The translations under genes were made by a program, and so were the position numbers. The notes under the pieces are model-generated. The model was not told the origin of the DNA, did not search any database, and saw nothing but the letters and a program-made list of their open reading frames with translations. From Desulfovibrio sp. (GTDB lineage: Bacteria > Desulfobacterota > Desulfovibrionia > Desulfovibrionales > Desulfovibrionaceae), in NCBI GenBank assembly GCA_014804965.1, contig JAAUYU010000025.1, positions 17,747 to 81,376 of the forward strand: a stretch of DNA of 63,630 nt, written 5' to 3'. Positions 28,511-37,481 of this stretch are shown here, piece after piece (the first letter of the stretch is position 1; each line of letters begins with the position of its first letter).

Positions 28511-29503
28511 ATGCTTTCCAAAAAACTTTTCCGCACGCTGGCCCTGGGGGCCATCCTTTCGGGCTTTGTGCTGGCTCCGGCGGCGGGCCAGGCCGAGACC
28601 GTGCTCAAGCTCGGGCACACCGGCGCGCCTGACCATCACTACCAGATCGCCTCGCAGATGTTCGCGGACAATGTGAAAAACCGCACCAACGGGGAGATCG
28701 TCATCCAGATCTTCCCCTCGGATACGCTCGGCAAGCAGAAGCAGCTCGTCTCCCAGGCGCAGCTCGGCCAGACCGACATGGTGCTGACCTCCGACGCCGT
28801 GATTTCCTCCTTCGTGCCGATTTTCGGCGTGCTGAACCTGCCCTTCATCTTTGAGGACATCGACCATGTGGGCAACGCCATGGACGGCGAAGTGGGCGCC
28901 ATCCTCACGCAGGAAGCGGGCAAGAAGGGCCTGGAAGTGCTCGGCTACTGGGAAAACGGCTTCCGCCACATCACCAACAACAAGCGCCCCATCAACAAGC
29001 CCGACGACCTGAAGGGTGTCAAGCTGCGCACCCCCGAATCCAAGCTGGTCATGGATTCCTTCAAGGCGCTCGGCGCCTCCCCCACGCCCATGAGCTTCGG
29101 CGACATCTATTCCGCCCTTCAGCTCGGCACGGTGGACGGCCAGGAGAACCCCATCGCCCACCTCATGAAGCAGAAGTGGTACGAAGTGCAGAAGTACCTC
29201 TCGCTCACCGGCCACCAGCACTATGTGGAGCCCCTGCTCATGAGCAAGGAGAAGTTCGACGCCCTGACGCCTGAGCAGCAGAAGATCCTCAAGGAAGAGG
29301 CCCAGAAGATCGCCGTCGAGATCCGCAAGCTCGCCACCCAGGACGAGGCCAGCCAGCTTGAGGAAGTGAAGAAGTACATGGAAGTGAACGACGTGAAGGA
29401 CAAGAAGCCCTTCATGGACGCTGTGCAGCCCGTGTACGAAAGCACCAAGAAGCAGTTCGGCAACGAAATCTTCGACAAGATCGACGCTGCCCGCAAGAAG
29501 TAA
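28511..29503 (+). CDS. dctP: TRAP transporter substrate-binding protein (DctP family)
   Basis: Signal peptide ending AAGQA-E; 330-aa DctP-like protein. Confidence 0.9.
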   Translation: MLSKKLFRTLALGAILSGFVLAPAAGQAETVLKLGHTGAPDHHYQIASQMFADNVKNRTNGEIVIQIFPSDTLGKQKQLVSQAQLGQTDMVLTSDAVISSFVPIFGVLNLPFIFEDIDHVGNAMDGEVGAILTQEAGKKGLEVLGYWENGFRHITNNKRPINKPDDLKGVKLRTPESKLVMDSFKALGASPTPMSFGDIYSALQLGTVDGQENPIAHLMKQKWYEVQKYLSLTGHQHYVEPLLMSKEKFDALTPEQQKILKEEAQKIAVEIRKLATQDEASQLEEVKKYMEVNDVKDKKPFMDAVQPVYESTKKQFGNEIFDKIDAARKK

Positions 29504-29632
29504 GCAAAGCGCCGGTGCCCCAATCGTGAACGGATCGCCCGGAGAGGTGTCCCCCACCTTTCCGGGCGGTCCACGGGGCGCGGAAACAGGACAAAGGCCA
29601 GGATTCAGCGGTCCCGGACCAAAGGGAAGCCC

Positions 29633-30154
29633 ATGGAACTGCTACGAAAGTTCAATTCAGGAATCAATCGCGTCCTCTGCGTGGGGATGGTCGTCTGCTT
29701 CATTTGCATGGTCATCCTCATCTTTCTCCAGGTCATTTGCAGGTATGCGCTCGATGACGCCCTGTCCTGGTCGGAGGAGCTCGCGAGCTACTTCTTCCAC
29801 TGGGCGACCTTCCTCGGCGCCAGCGTCGCCTTTTATGAAAACACCCATATTTCCGTGACCTATTTCGTCGACCGTGTGCCGTCGGTCCGGCTGCGGGCCT
29901 TCCTGCTGCTCATCGCGGACTGCTGCTGCCTGTGGTTTTTGGGCATGTATATCGTGGACGGCTTCAACGTGTGCCGCCTGGTCTTCAAGTTCGGTGAGAC
30001 AGCGGCTTCCATGACCTGGCTGCCCATGGGCTTTGTGCAGCTTGCCATTCCGCTGGCGAGCGTTTTCATGGCCCTGAATGTGCTGGCGTATCTCATCGGG
30101 CACGTCCGTTGCCTGGTCACCGGCGAAACTGGCGAAGCCGTCGCCGCAGTATAA
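29633..30154 (+). CDS. dctQ: TRAP transporter small permease (DctQ family)
   Basis: 173-aa, 4-TM protein lying between the P and M subunits. Confidence 0.85.
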   Translation: MELLRKFNSGINRVLCVGMVVCFICMVILIFLQVICRYALDDALSWSEELASYFFHWATFLGASVAFYENTHISVTYFVDRVPSVRLRAFLLLIADCCCLWFLGMYIVDGFNVCRLVFKFGETAASMTWLPMGFVQLAIPLASVFMALNVLAYLIGHVRCLVTGETGEAVAAV

Positions 30155-30166
30155 GGGGTTTCGGAG

Positions 30167-31438
30167 ATGCTGGCCTTTGTCCTTTTCGGCGTATTCTTTG
30201 TCCTGCTGCTCCTCAGCGTTCCCATTTCCATTGCGCTCGGCTTTTCGTCCATGGTCGCCATCATGTTCTGCACCACGGATTCCGTGGGCGTGCTCATCCA
30301 GAACTCCTTTGCCAACGGCTTTTCCCTGATGGCGATCCCCTTCTTCATTCTGGCCGGCAACATCATGGCGCGGGGCGGCGTTTCCCAGCGACTCGTCAAC
30401 CTCGCCAACTGCGGTTTCGGCCGTTACCTGGGCGGCCTCGCCCATGTGGCAACGGCGGCCTGCACCTTTTTCGGCGCCATTTCCGGCTCCGCCCCGGCCA
30501 CCACGGCGGCCATCGGCGGCGTCATGGTGGAGCCGATGACGGAAAAAGGCTACTCCAAGGCCTTTTCCGGCGCCTGCGTGGCGGCCTCGGGAATGATCGG
30601 CCTGCTTATCCCGCCGAGCATCATCATGATCATCTATGGCGTGCTCACGGGGACGTCCGTCGCCAAGCTCTTTATCGGCGGCGTCATCCCCGGCCTGCTC
30701 ACCGCAGCCGCCTACATGGTGTGCAACCATTTCATCGCCAAGAAGCTGAAATGCCCGCGCGGCGACAGGCCCGCCCCCGGCGAGACCTGGAAATGCACCA
30801 AGGAGGCCATCTGGGCCATCCTCATGCCGCTCATCATCCTCGGCGGCATTTACGGCGGCATCTTCACCCCCACGGAAAGCGCGGTGGTGGCCGTGGTCTA
30901 CGGCATCATCGTGGGCTTCTGGATACACCGCTCGCTCACGGTGAAGGACCTCTACAACGTATTTCTCGCCACCGCCAAAAGCTCGGCCATCATCCTCTTC
31001 CTCATCGCCACGGCCCATTGCTTCAGCTTTGTGCTCGCGAGCGGCCATATCCCGCAGACGCTCGCCATCGCCATCCGTTCCATTTCCCAGAACCCCACCT
31101 TGGTGCTCTTCCTCATCTGCTTCTGCCTGCTCATCGTGGGGACCTTCCTGGACAATGCCGTGGCCGTGGTGCTGATGACGCCCATTTTCTTCCCCGTGGT
31201 GCAGAGCCTCGGCATCGACCCCATCTTCTTCGGCGTGCTCACGGTGTTCACGCTGGCCATCGGGCAAATCACCCCGCCCGTGGGCCTGTGCCTGTTCGTG
31301 GCCTGCAACCTCGCCAAGCTCAAGCTGGAAGAGATCGTGGTTTATTGCGTGCCCTACATTATCGCGGCGCTGGTGCTCATGTGCCTCTTCGTCTTTTTCC
31401 CGCAGATCATTCTCGTGCTGCCGGACATGATGAACTAG
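30167..31438 (+). CDS. dctM: TRAP transporter large permease (DctM family)
   Basis: 423-aa polytopic protein, clearly paralogous to 20843..22114. Confidence 0.9.
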   Translation: MLAFVLFGVFFVLLLLSVPISIALGFSSMVAIMFCTTDSVGVLIQNSFANGFSLMAIPFFILAGNIMARGGVSQRLVNLANCGFGRYLGGLAHVATAACTFFGAISGSAPATTAAIGGVMVEPMTEKGYSKAFSGACVAASGMIGLLIPPSIIMIIYGVLTGTSVAKLFIGGVIPGLLTAAAYMVCNHFIAKKLKCPRGDRPAPGETWKCTKEAIWAILMPLIILGGIYGGIFTPTESAVVAVVYGIIVGFWIHRSLTVKDLYNVFLATAKSSAIILFLIATAHCFSFVLASGHIPQTLAIAIRSISQNPTLVLFLICFCLLIVGTFLDNAVAVVLMTPIFFPVVQSLGIDPIFFGVLTVFTLAIGQITPPVGLCLFVACNLAKLKLEEIVVYCVPYIIAALVLMCLFVFFPQIILVLPDMMN

Positions 31439-31480
31439 AGGCCGCTGCTGCCCTTTTTGCGACGGCCCACCAATGCAACA

Positions 31481-31508
31481 GACCCGCTCACATGGAGCGG
31501 GTCTTTTG
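31481..31508 (+). terminator. Rho-independent terminator after dctM
   Basis: GACCCGCTC (31481-31489), loop ACATG, GAGCGGGTC (31495-31503), then TTTTG. Confidence 0.65.
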
Positions 31509-31566
31509 CATTTCTGAAGCCGGAACTCCCCGGCGGGAAGGCTATCCCTTCACCAGCCGCAAGTGC

Positions 31567-32823
31567 CTATTTCCGCACCGGCAGGGTCAGGGAGCCCTGC
31601 GGCAGGATGGCGACGCTGGCGCTGGGCCCGTATACTTTCAGGGCCTCGTCAAAGGCTTCCTGCACATTTTCCGCCTTGGAGCAAAAGAGCAGCTCGGTCG
31701 TCGGGCGCGACAGGGAGGAAATCAGGCGCACCTTGCGGCTTGAGGCCACTTTTGCAATGGCATAGGCCTTGTGGCCGCCCAGTTCAAAATTCCCCTTGAA
31801 TTGGCGCATCAGTTCCTCGGGGGCCAGCTTTTTGTCCAGCCACTTCTCAAACACCTTTTCCCCGAGGCCGTCCCTGCACTCGCCGATCCAGATGATGGTG
31901 CCCCCCGGCCGCGTGATGGCCTCGGCGTGGTCCAGCGCCTTCTGGGCCTGGTACACGTTCACATCTCTGGGATAGCCGCTGGCCGCAGCGATGCAGATGT
32001 CCACCTGCTCCTCAAAGGGAATCTCGTACATTTTCGCCGACACGTCCACGGCGGCGTACCAGGCCTGCACCAGGTCGCCCGCGCCCACGAATACGATTTG
32101 GCGCTGTTCATTGGTGACGGTGTTGATGATAAAGTCCACGCCCACCTTTTGCGCCACTTCGATCATTTCGAGGCTGATGGGATTTTGCCGGATGGGCGGC
32201 AGCGCGTCCAGAAGCTCGACCATGCGCGCATGGTTGCTGCGCACGGTGTCATGGGCCGCGAGACCGGGCAGGATGGATTTGCGGCCGCCCGAAAAGCCCG
32301 CGAAATAATGCGGCATCACCACGCCGATGGTGATGAGGAAATCACAATCCACGGCCAGCCTGTTGATCTTACAGTCATAGCCGCTGCTGGTCCTGCCGAG
32401 GTCCACGCAGGAGGCCGCGTCGGTAGACACATGATTGATGAAACGGAAGCGCCGGGTCATTTCGGGGCCATAAAGGCGGCTGTTCAGCTCCTCCGACTGG
32501 GGCTCGTGGATGCCCGTTGCAATCACGAATGTCACCTGCTCATCCCTGATGCCTGCTTCCTCAAACACCTTGAGCAGCGGCGGAAAGATGGCCTCATATG
32601 GCGTTGGCCTGGTCTCGTCATTGACGACCACGGTGACGCTGCGCGGCTTTTTTTCGCGCAGCCGCGAAAGCAGGGAGGCGCTCCCGATGGGCTTTTCCAG
32701 CGCCCCGGCCACGGCCGCCACCGGGTCCGCGAGGCCGGGCATGTCCCGTGGCAGCAGGGTCACGGCGCGCATCCCCTCCGGGAGCGTGAACGGAACGGTG
32801 CCGGTGCCGTACGCAAATTCCAT
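31567..32823 (-). CDS. LarA-family (nickel-pincer dependent) alpha-hydroxy-acid racemase/epimerase homolog
   Basis: PHYFAGFSGGRKSILPG motif (cofactor-tethering Lys region) and a DUF2088-type N-terminus. Start is ambiguous among ATG 32823, 32835 and 32847. The longer track ORF to 32970 runs into AT-rich promoter-like DNA. Confidence 0.8.
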   Translation of the reverse strand: MEFAYGTGTVPFTLPEGMRAVTLLPRDMPGLADPVAAVAGALEKPIGSASLLSRLREKKPRSVTVVVNDETRPTPYEAIFPPLLKVFEEAGIRDEQVTFVIATGIHEPQSEELNSRLYGPEMTRRFRFINHVSTDAASCVDLGRTSSGYDCKINRLAVDCDFLITIGVVMPHYFAGFSGGRKSILPGLAAHDTVRSNHARMVELLDALPPIRQNPISLEMIEVAQKVGVDFIINTVTNEQRQIVFVGAGDLVQAWYAAVDVSAKMYEIPFEEQVDICIAAASGYPRDVNVYQAQKALDHAEAITRPGGTIIWIGECRDGLGEKVFEKWLDKKLAPEELMRQFKGNFELGGHKAYAIAKVASSRKVRLISSLSRPTTELLFCSKAENVQEAFDEALKVYGPSASVAILPQGSLTLPVRK

Positions 32824-33184
32824 GGTTCTCCCCATTTCTTCCTCCATTGTCCTGCCCCGGATTTTTCGTCGCAAGGGGCGCACTGCATAAAGAAGGACAA
32901 ATAAACCTGCTATAAAAATTATATTATTTACAGAGAATAAACTCAGGCGTAGCGTTGCAAGGTAAAACATCTTCAGGTGGCCGGGGTGTCGGGGCTGGAG
33001 TCAAAGAGCCCACGGTGGCGCGGATTTCCTCGCCTTGTTCCCGACCCTGGCACACACCTTTTCAACACAACATACAGCCCGAAAGACGTTAAACTATCCG
33101 GGCGCCTTTGGCAAATGAGCGGCAGATGCTTCAGGAACGGCATCGCGCATCACCTGTTCACGAACCCTTCAGAGGAGATGGAAG

Positions 33185-34381
33185 ATGGCCAGCAAAGGAC
33201 TTCTTGACGGCATCCGCGTCCTGGACCTCAGCCGCGTGCTCGCGGGCCCCTACTGCGGCATGATGCTGGGCGACATGGGCGCGGACGTGATAAAGATCGA
33301 GGTGCCCGGCAAGGGTGACGACGCCCGCATCAATTATCCCATCATCAACGGCGAAAGCGCCTATTTCATGAATCTCAACCGCAACAAGCGGGGCATCACG
33401 CTCAATCTCAAGTCCGAAAAGGGCAAGGAGATCTTCAAGAAGCTGGTGGCGAAAAGCGACATCGTGCTCGAAAATTACCGCCCCGGCGTCATGGAAAAGC
33501 TCGGCCTCGGCTATGAGGACCTGAAAAAGATCAATCCGGCCATCATTTACGGCTCGGTTTCCGGTTTCGGCCACTTCGGCCCCTACAGCCAGCGGCCGGG
33601 CTATGACATCATCGGCCAGGCCATGAGCGGCCTCATGAGCACCACAGGCTGGCCGGGCGGCCAGCCCACCCGCGTGGGCACGGCCATTTCCGATGTCATG
33701 GGCGGCATCAGCTGCTGCGTGGGCATCCTCGCCGCCTACATCAACCGCCTCAAGACCGGCAAGGGAGAAAAGGTGGACGTGGCCCTGGTGGACAGCATGG
33801 TCTCCTCGCTGGAAATCATCAATACGCTCTATCTGGTTTCCGGAAAGATACCGCAACGCATCGGCAACCGCTACGAGGCCATTTACCCGTATGACTCCTT
33901 CCAGGCCAAGGACGGGATGCTCGTCATCGGCGCCGGGAACCAGAAACTCTTTACCATCCTCTGCGATGTGATGGGGAAAAAGGAGCTTCTGGACGATCCG
34001 TTGTTCAAGGACAACAATCTCCGCGTCATCAACCACGAAAAGCTCAAGCCCTACATCGAGGACTGGCTCAAGGACAAGACCATCGACGAAACGGTGGACA
34101 TCCTGCTGGCGGCCGGGGTGCCCGCCGCGCCCATCAACACCATCGACCGCGTTGCCAAGGACCCGCATATCGCCGGGGCGCGCGAAATGTTTGTGGAAAT
34201 CGAGCACCCCGTGGCCGGGAAATTCAAAATCACCGGCAACCAGATCAAGCTCACCGAGCACAAGATCGACACCTTCTCCCCGGCGCCCCTGCTCGGCCAG
34301 CACAACCATGAGGTGCTGAAAGAGCTGGCGGACCTGAGCGATGAGGATATCGACCGTCTGCAGGAGGAAAAGGTCCTCTAG
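33185..34381 (+). CDS. Family III CoA-transferase (CaiB/BaiF/Frc family)
   Basis: N-terminal GIRVLDLSRVLAGPYCGMMLGDMGADVIKIE is canonical for the family. GAGGAG RBS. Confidence 0.9.
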   Translation: MASKGLLDGIRVLDLSRVLAGPYCGMMLGDMGADVIKIEVPGKGDDARINYPIINGESAYFMNLNRNKRGITLNLKSEKGKEIFKKLVAKSDIVLENYRPGVMEKLGLGYEDLKKINPAIIYGSVSGFGHFGPYSQRPGYDIIGQAMSGLMSTTGWPGGQPTRVGTAISDVMGGISCCVGILAAYINRLKTGKGEKVDVALVDSMVSSLEIINTLYLVSGKIPQRIGNRYEAIYPYDSFQAKDGMLVIGAGNQKLFTILCDVMGKKELLDDPLFKDNNLRVINHEKLKPYIEDWLKDKTIDETVDILLAAGVPAAPINTIDRVAKDPHIAGAREMFVEIEHPVAGKFKITGNQIKLTEHKIDTFSPAPLLGQHNHEVLKELADLSDEDIDRLQEEKVL

Positions 34382-34502
34382 CGCCCGCGCGCACCGGCTC
34401 CCTGTGGCGGAGCCGGCGCGCCGCGAAAGGAGGCCCGCGAGGACGCGCAGGCGCGCTGCCCCAGGCAAAGTTCACAGAATTTCGCAAACCGTGGAGCACA
34501 CC

Positions 34503-35393
34503 ATGGGCCGAAAAATCGAAATAGTGGAAGTGGGACCCAGAGACGGCTTTCAAAACCTCTGCGACTACATTCCCGCAGAGGAAAAGCTGCGTTTTATTGA
34601 CGGGCTTGCCGATGCGGGCATCACGCACATCCAGGTCACGTCCTTTGTCAGCCCCAAGGCCATCCCCCAGATGAAGGACGCCACGGAAGTGGCGAAGGAG
34701 GCGCTGGCCCGCCACCCCGGCCTGGATTTTTTCGCCCTCGTGCCCAATCTCAGGGGCGCGCAGGCCGCAAAAGACGCGGGGCTCAAGAAAGTGAGCAACG
34801 TCATTTCCCTTTCCGAGTCCCACAACAAGGCCAATATCCGCAAGACCCACGAGGAATCTTTTGCGGAGCTGGACAAGATACTGGAGACGCTGCCCGAGCT
34901 CGAGGTCAGCATCGACGTGGCGACGGCCTTCGGCTGCCCCTTTGAAGGCAAGTTCCCCACGGAAAAGCTGCTCTCCTTCCTCGACGTGCTGTATAAAAAG
35001 GGCATCCGCGAGTTCACCCTGTGTGACACCACGGGCATGGCCAACCCCGCGCAGGTGCGGGAGGTGGTCACAAAAGTGAAGGAAGCCTTCCCGGACGCCG
35101 TTTTTGAAGCCCATATCCACGACACCCGCAACATGGGCATGGTCAATACGCTGGCGGCCATCGAGGCAGGCATCGACAAGGTGCAGTCCACCCTGGGCGG
35201 CCTCGGCGGTTGCCCTTTCGCCCCCGGCGCCTCAGGCAACACCTCCACGGAAGACCTCGTGAACATGCTCAATGAAATGGGCTATGAAACCGGGGTGGAT
35301 GTGGAAAAACTCGTCTCCCTGGCGCGGGAGGAAAAAGCGAAGATCCCGGGCATCTACAGCGGGCACCTGCTCAATATGCCCGTTACCGTGTAG
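34503..35393 (+). CDS. HMG-CoA lyase-like (HMGL-family) acyl-CoA lyase
   Basis: IEIVEVGPRDGFQN motif. DRE-TIM fold family. ATG 34503 lies inside track ORF 34341..35393. Confidence 0.85.
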   Translation: MGRKIEIVEVGPRDGFQNLCDYIPAEEKLRFIDGLADAGITHIQVTSFVSPKAIPQMKDATEVAKEALARHPGLDFFALVPNLRGAQAAKDAGLKKVSNVISLSESHNKANIRKTHEESFAELDKILETLPELEVSIDVATAFGCPFEGKFPTEKLLSFLDVLYKKGIREFTLCDTTGMANPAQVREVVTKVKEAFPDAVFEAHIHDTRNMGMVNTLAAIEAGIDKVQSTLGGLGGCPFAPGASGNTSTEDLVNMLNEMGYETGVDVEKLVSLAREEKAKIPGIYSGHLLNMPVTV

Positions 35394-35545
35394 GCGGGGA
35401 GGAGCGGCCGGACGCCCCCGGCGGCACTTATACGCGTCCCATGCTCCCGACTGGTCCTGCCCCTGTTCCGTCACGGGCAGGACCAGTTTTTTCCCGTCAC
35501 GGCACACCCAGGCCTTGACCGGACCACAAACAAGGAAGCGGCGAA

Positions 35546-36391
35546 ATGGCTTGCGGCAAAACCTGGCTCATCACCGGCACATCCTCCGGCCTCGGCAAAT
35601 GGCTGGCCACAGAGGCCCTGCGGCAGGGGGAGAACGTCATCCTCACTGCACGGAACCCCGCCGATATTGCGGCCCTGGCAGCCCTCTATCCCCAAACGGC
35701 GCTGGCCGCACGGCTGGATGTGACGGATGAGGCCGGCATAGCGGCCGCGGTCGCGGCTGGGCTCGCGAAATTCGGCCGCATCGACGTGCTGGTGAACAAT
35801 GCCGGCTATGCCCTGCGTGGCGCAGCCGAGGAGTGTTCCCTCGAGGAGGTCAGGCGGGAATTCGATGTGGACTTCTTCGGCCCGGTGCGCTGCATCCAGG
35901 CCGTGCTCCCGCATATGCGTGAGTTCCGGAGCGGCCTTATCATCAATTATTCCTCCATTGCGGCGCTCTCCTACACGGCGGGCTCGCCCTTTTATTCGGC
36001 GGCCAAAAGCGCCCTTGAGGCCTTTTCGGATTCCATGCGGCTGGAGGTGGAACCGCTGGGCATAAAGGTGATGGTGGTGGAGCCGGGCCCCTTCCATACC
36101 AATTTTCACGACCGCTCCATCAGCATCACGCCCACAAATATCGCCGACTACGCCCCGACGGCGCACAAGCGCAAGGTGCGCCTCGCCAATCCCGAGAGCG
36201 CCGGAACCGGCTTCGGAGACCCGCAAAAGGCGGCTCTCGTCGTCCTCAAGGCCGCATCCGAGGCCACACCGCCCCGGCATCTGGTGCTGGGCTCCCATGC
36301 CTGGCAGCGGGCCGAAGCCGCCCTGAAACAGCGCCTCAAGGAGCTGGAGGACTGGAAAAGGCTGAGCGTGCAAAGCGACAAGGAGGGATAA
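35546..36391 (+). CDS. SDR-family oxidoreductase
   Basis: ITGTSSGLG cofactor motif and YSAAKSA (YxxxK). Confidence 0.85.
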   Translation: MACGKTWLITGTSSGLGKWLATEALRQGENVILTARNPADIAALAALYPQTALAARLDVTDEAGIAAAVAAGLAKFGRIDVLVNNAGYALRGAAEECSLEEVRREFDVDFFGPVRCIQAVLPHMREFRSGLIINYSSIAALSYTAGSPFYSAAKSALEAFSDSMRLEVEPLGIKVMVVEPGPFHTNFHDRSISITPTNIADYAPTAHKRKVRLANPESAGTGFGDPQKAALVVLKAASEATPPRHLVLGSHAWQRAEAALKQRLKELEDWKRLSVQSDKEG

Positions 36392-36513
36392 AGGTCCGGG
36401 GAGCCCGGCATCCGCCCCCTGCCGTCAGCCCCGGCGCCCGCCCGGCCCGATCACGGCCCCGGCCCGTGGCGCACAGCCGCACGGCCACGGCTGGCCAGGT
36501 GCGCCCCCGCAAA

Positions 36514-36526
36514 GTTTTTGAAAAAC
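36514..36526. promoter_or_regulatory. Short palindrome GTTTTT-G-AAAAAC upstream of the ZIP transporter gene (candidate operator)
   Basis: Read directly. It is the only AT-rich patch in an otherwise GC-rich 270-bp intergenic region, about 135 nt upstream of ATG 36661. Confidence 0.2.
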
Positions 36527-36660
36527 ACCTCAGTGCTGGTCAAAAGCTCCCAAAACCCTTAACCTTTCCCGTGGGCACGACAGGGCGGGACAGGCCGGGC
36601 TTTTGCCCCGGCAGCGGCGAAAAGCTCCCCATCCCCCGCGCCAGCCCATGAGGAAGCACC

Positions 36661-37464
36661 ATGCTCGACTTCATTCACCAGTCCCCGGCGCTCGCCGGGC
36701 TCTGCGCCGGGCTCGTCACCTGGCTCTTCACCACCCTGGGCGCGGCGGCCATTTTCCTCAACCGGGAATTTTCCCGCCGGACGCTGGACATCCTCCTCGG
36801 TTTCGCAGGCGGCGTGATGCTGGCGGCGAGCATGTGGTCGCTGCTCGCCCCGGCGCTTGAACTGGCGCAGGCCGCCTGGGGCACATGGAAGTTCGTGCCC
36901 CCGGCGGCCGGGTTGCTGCTGGGCGCGCTCATCTTGCGGCTGCTCGACTTCGCGACGCCCCATTTCCACCTGATGCTCGGGCGCCCCGACGGCCCCGAAA
37001 GCCGGCTCCCGCGCAGCTTCCTCCTCGTCTTTGCCATCACGCTGCACAATATTCCCGAGGCGCTGGCCGTGGGCGTGGCCTTCGGCGCGGCGGCCATCGA
37101 CCCGGCCCTGGGCGTGGCCGGGGCCTTCACCCTCATGTTCGGCATCGGGATGCAGAACATCCCCGAGGGCATGGCCGTTTCTCTGCCGCTTTTGCGCGAG
37201 GGCATGGACCGCCGCAAGGCCTTCTTGATCGGCCAGCTTTCCGGCGCGGTGGAGCCCGTGGCCGCCCTCGCCGGGGCGCTGCTCACCTCGCTCGCCCTGC
37301 CGCTGCTTCCCTGGGCGCTCGGTTTCGCGGCCGGGGCCATGATCTTCGTCACCGTGGAGGAGGTCATCCCCGAGGCCCACGCCTCGGGCAATGGCGACGC
37401 CGCCACCATGGGGCTCATCGTGGGCTTTGTGGCCATGATGTGCCTGGATGTGCTCTTCAGCTGA
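36661..37464 (+). CDS. ZIP-family divalent metal transporter (ZupT/GufA-like)
   Basis: 267-aa, about 8-TM protein. HNIPEALAVG and QNIPEGMAVS signature helices. Confidence 0.85.
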   Translation: MLDFIHQSPALAGLCAGLVTWLFTTLGAAAIFLNREFSRRTLDILLGFAGGVMLAASMWSLLAPALELAQAAWGTWKFVPPAAGLLLGALILRLLDFATPHFHLMLGRPDGPESRLPRSFLLVFAITLHNIPEALAVGVAFGAAAIDPALGVAGAFTLMFGIGMQNIPEGMAVSLPLLREGMDRRKAFLIGQLSGAVEPVAALAGALLTSLALPLLPWALGFAAGAMIFVTVEEVIPEAHASGNGDAATMGLIVGFVAMMCLDVLFS

Positions 37465-37481
37465 AGCACGGCCCCATTCCC

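Noticed and set aside
32824-32970. Hydrophobic N-terminal extension (MFYLATLRLSLFSVNNIIFIAGLFVLLYAV...) of the LarA-homolog ORF, which would make it membrane-anchored.
   Set aside because: This stretch is very AT-rich promoter-like DNA in the divergent intergenic region. LarA-family proteins are soluble, and MEFAYGTG... matches their usual start.
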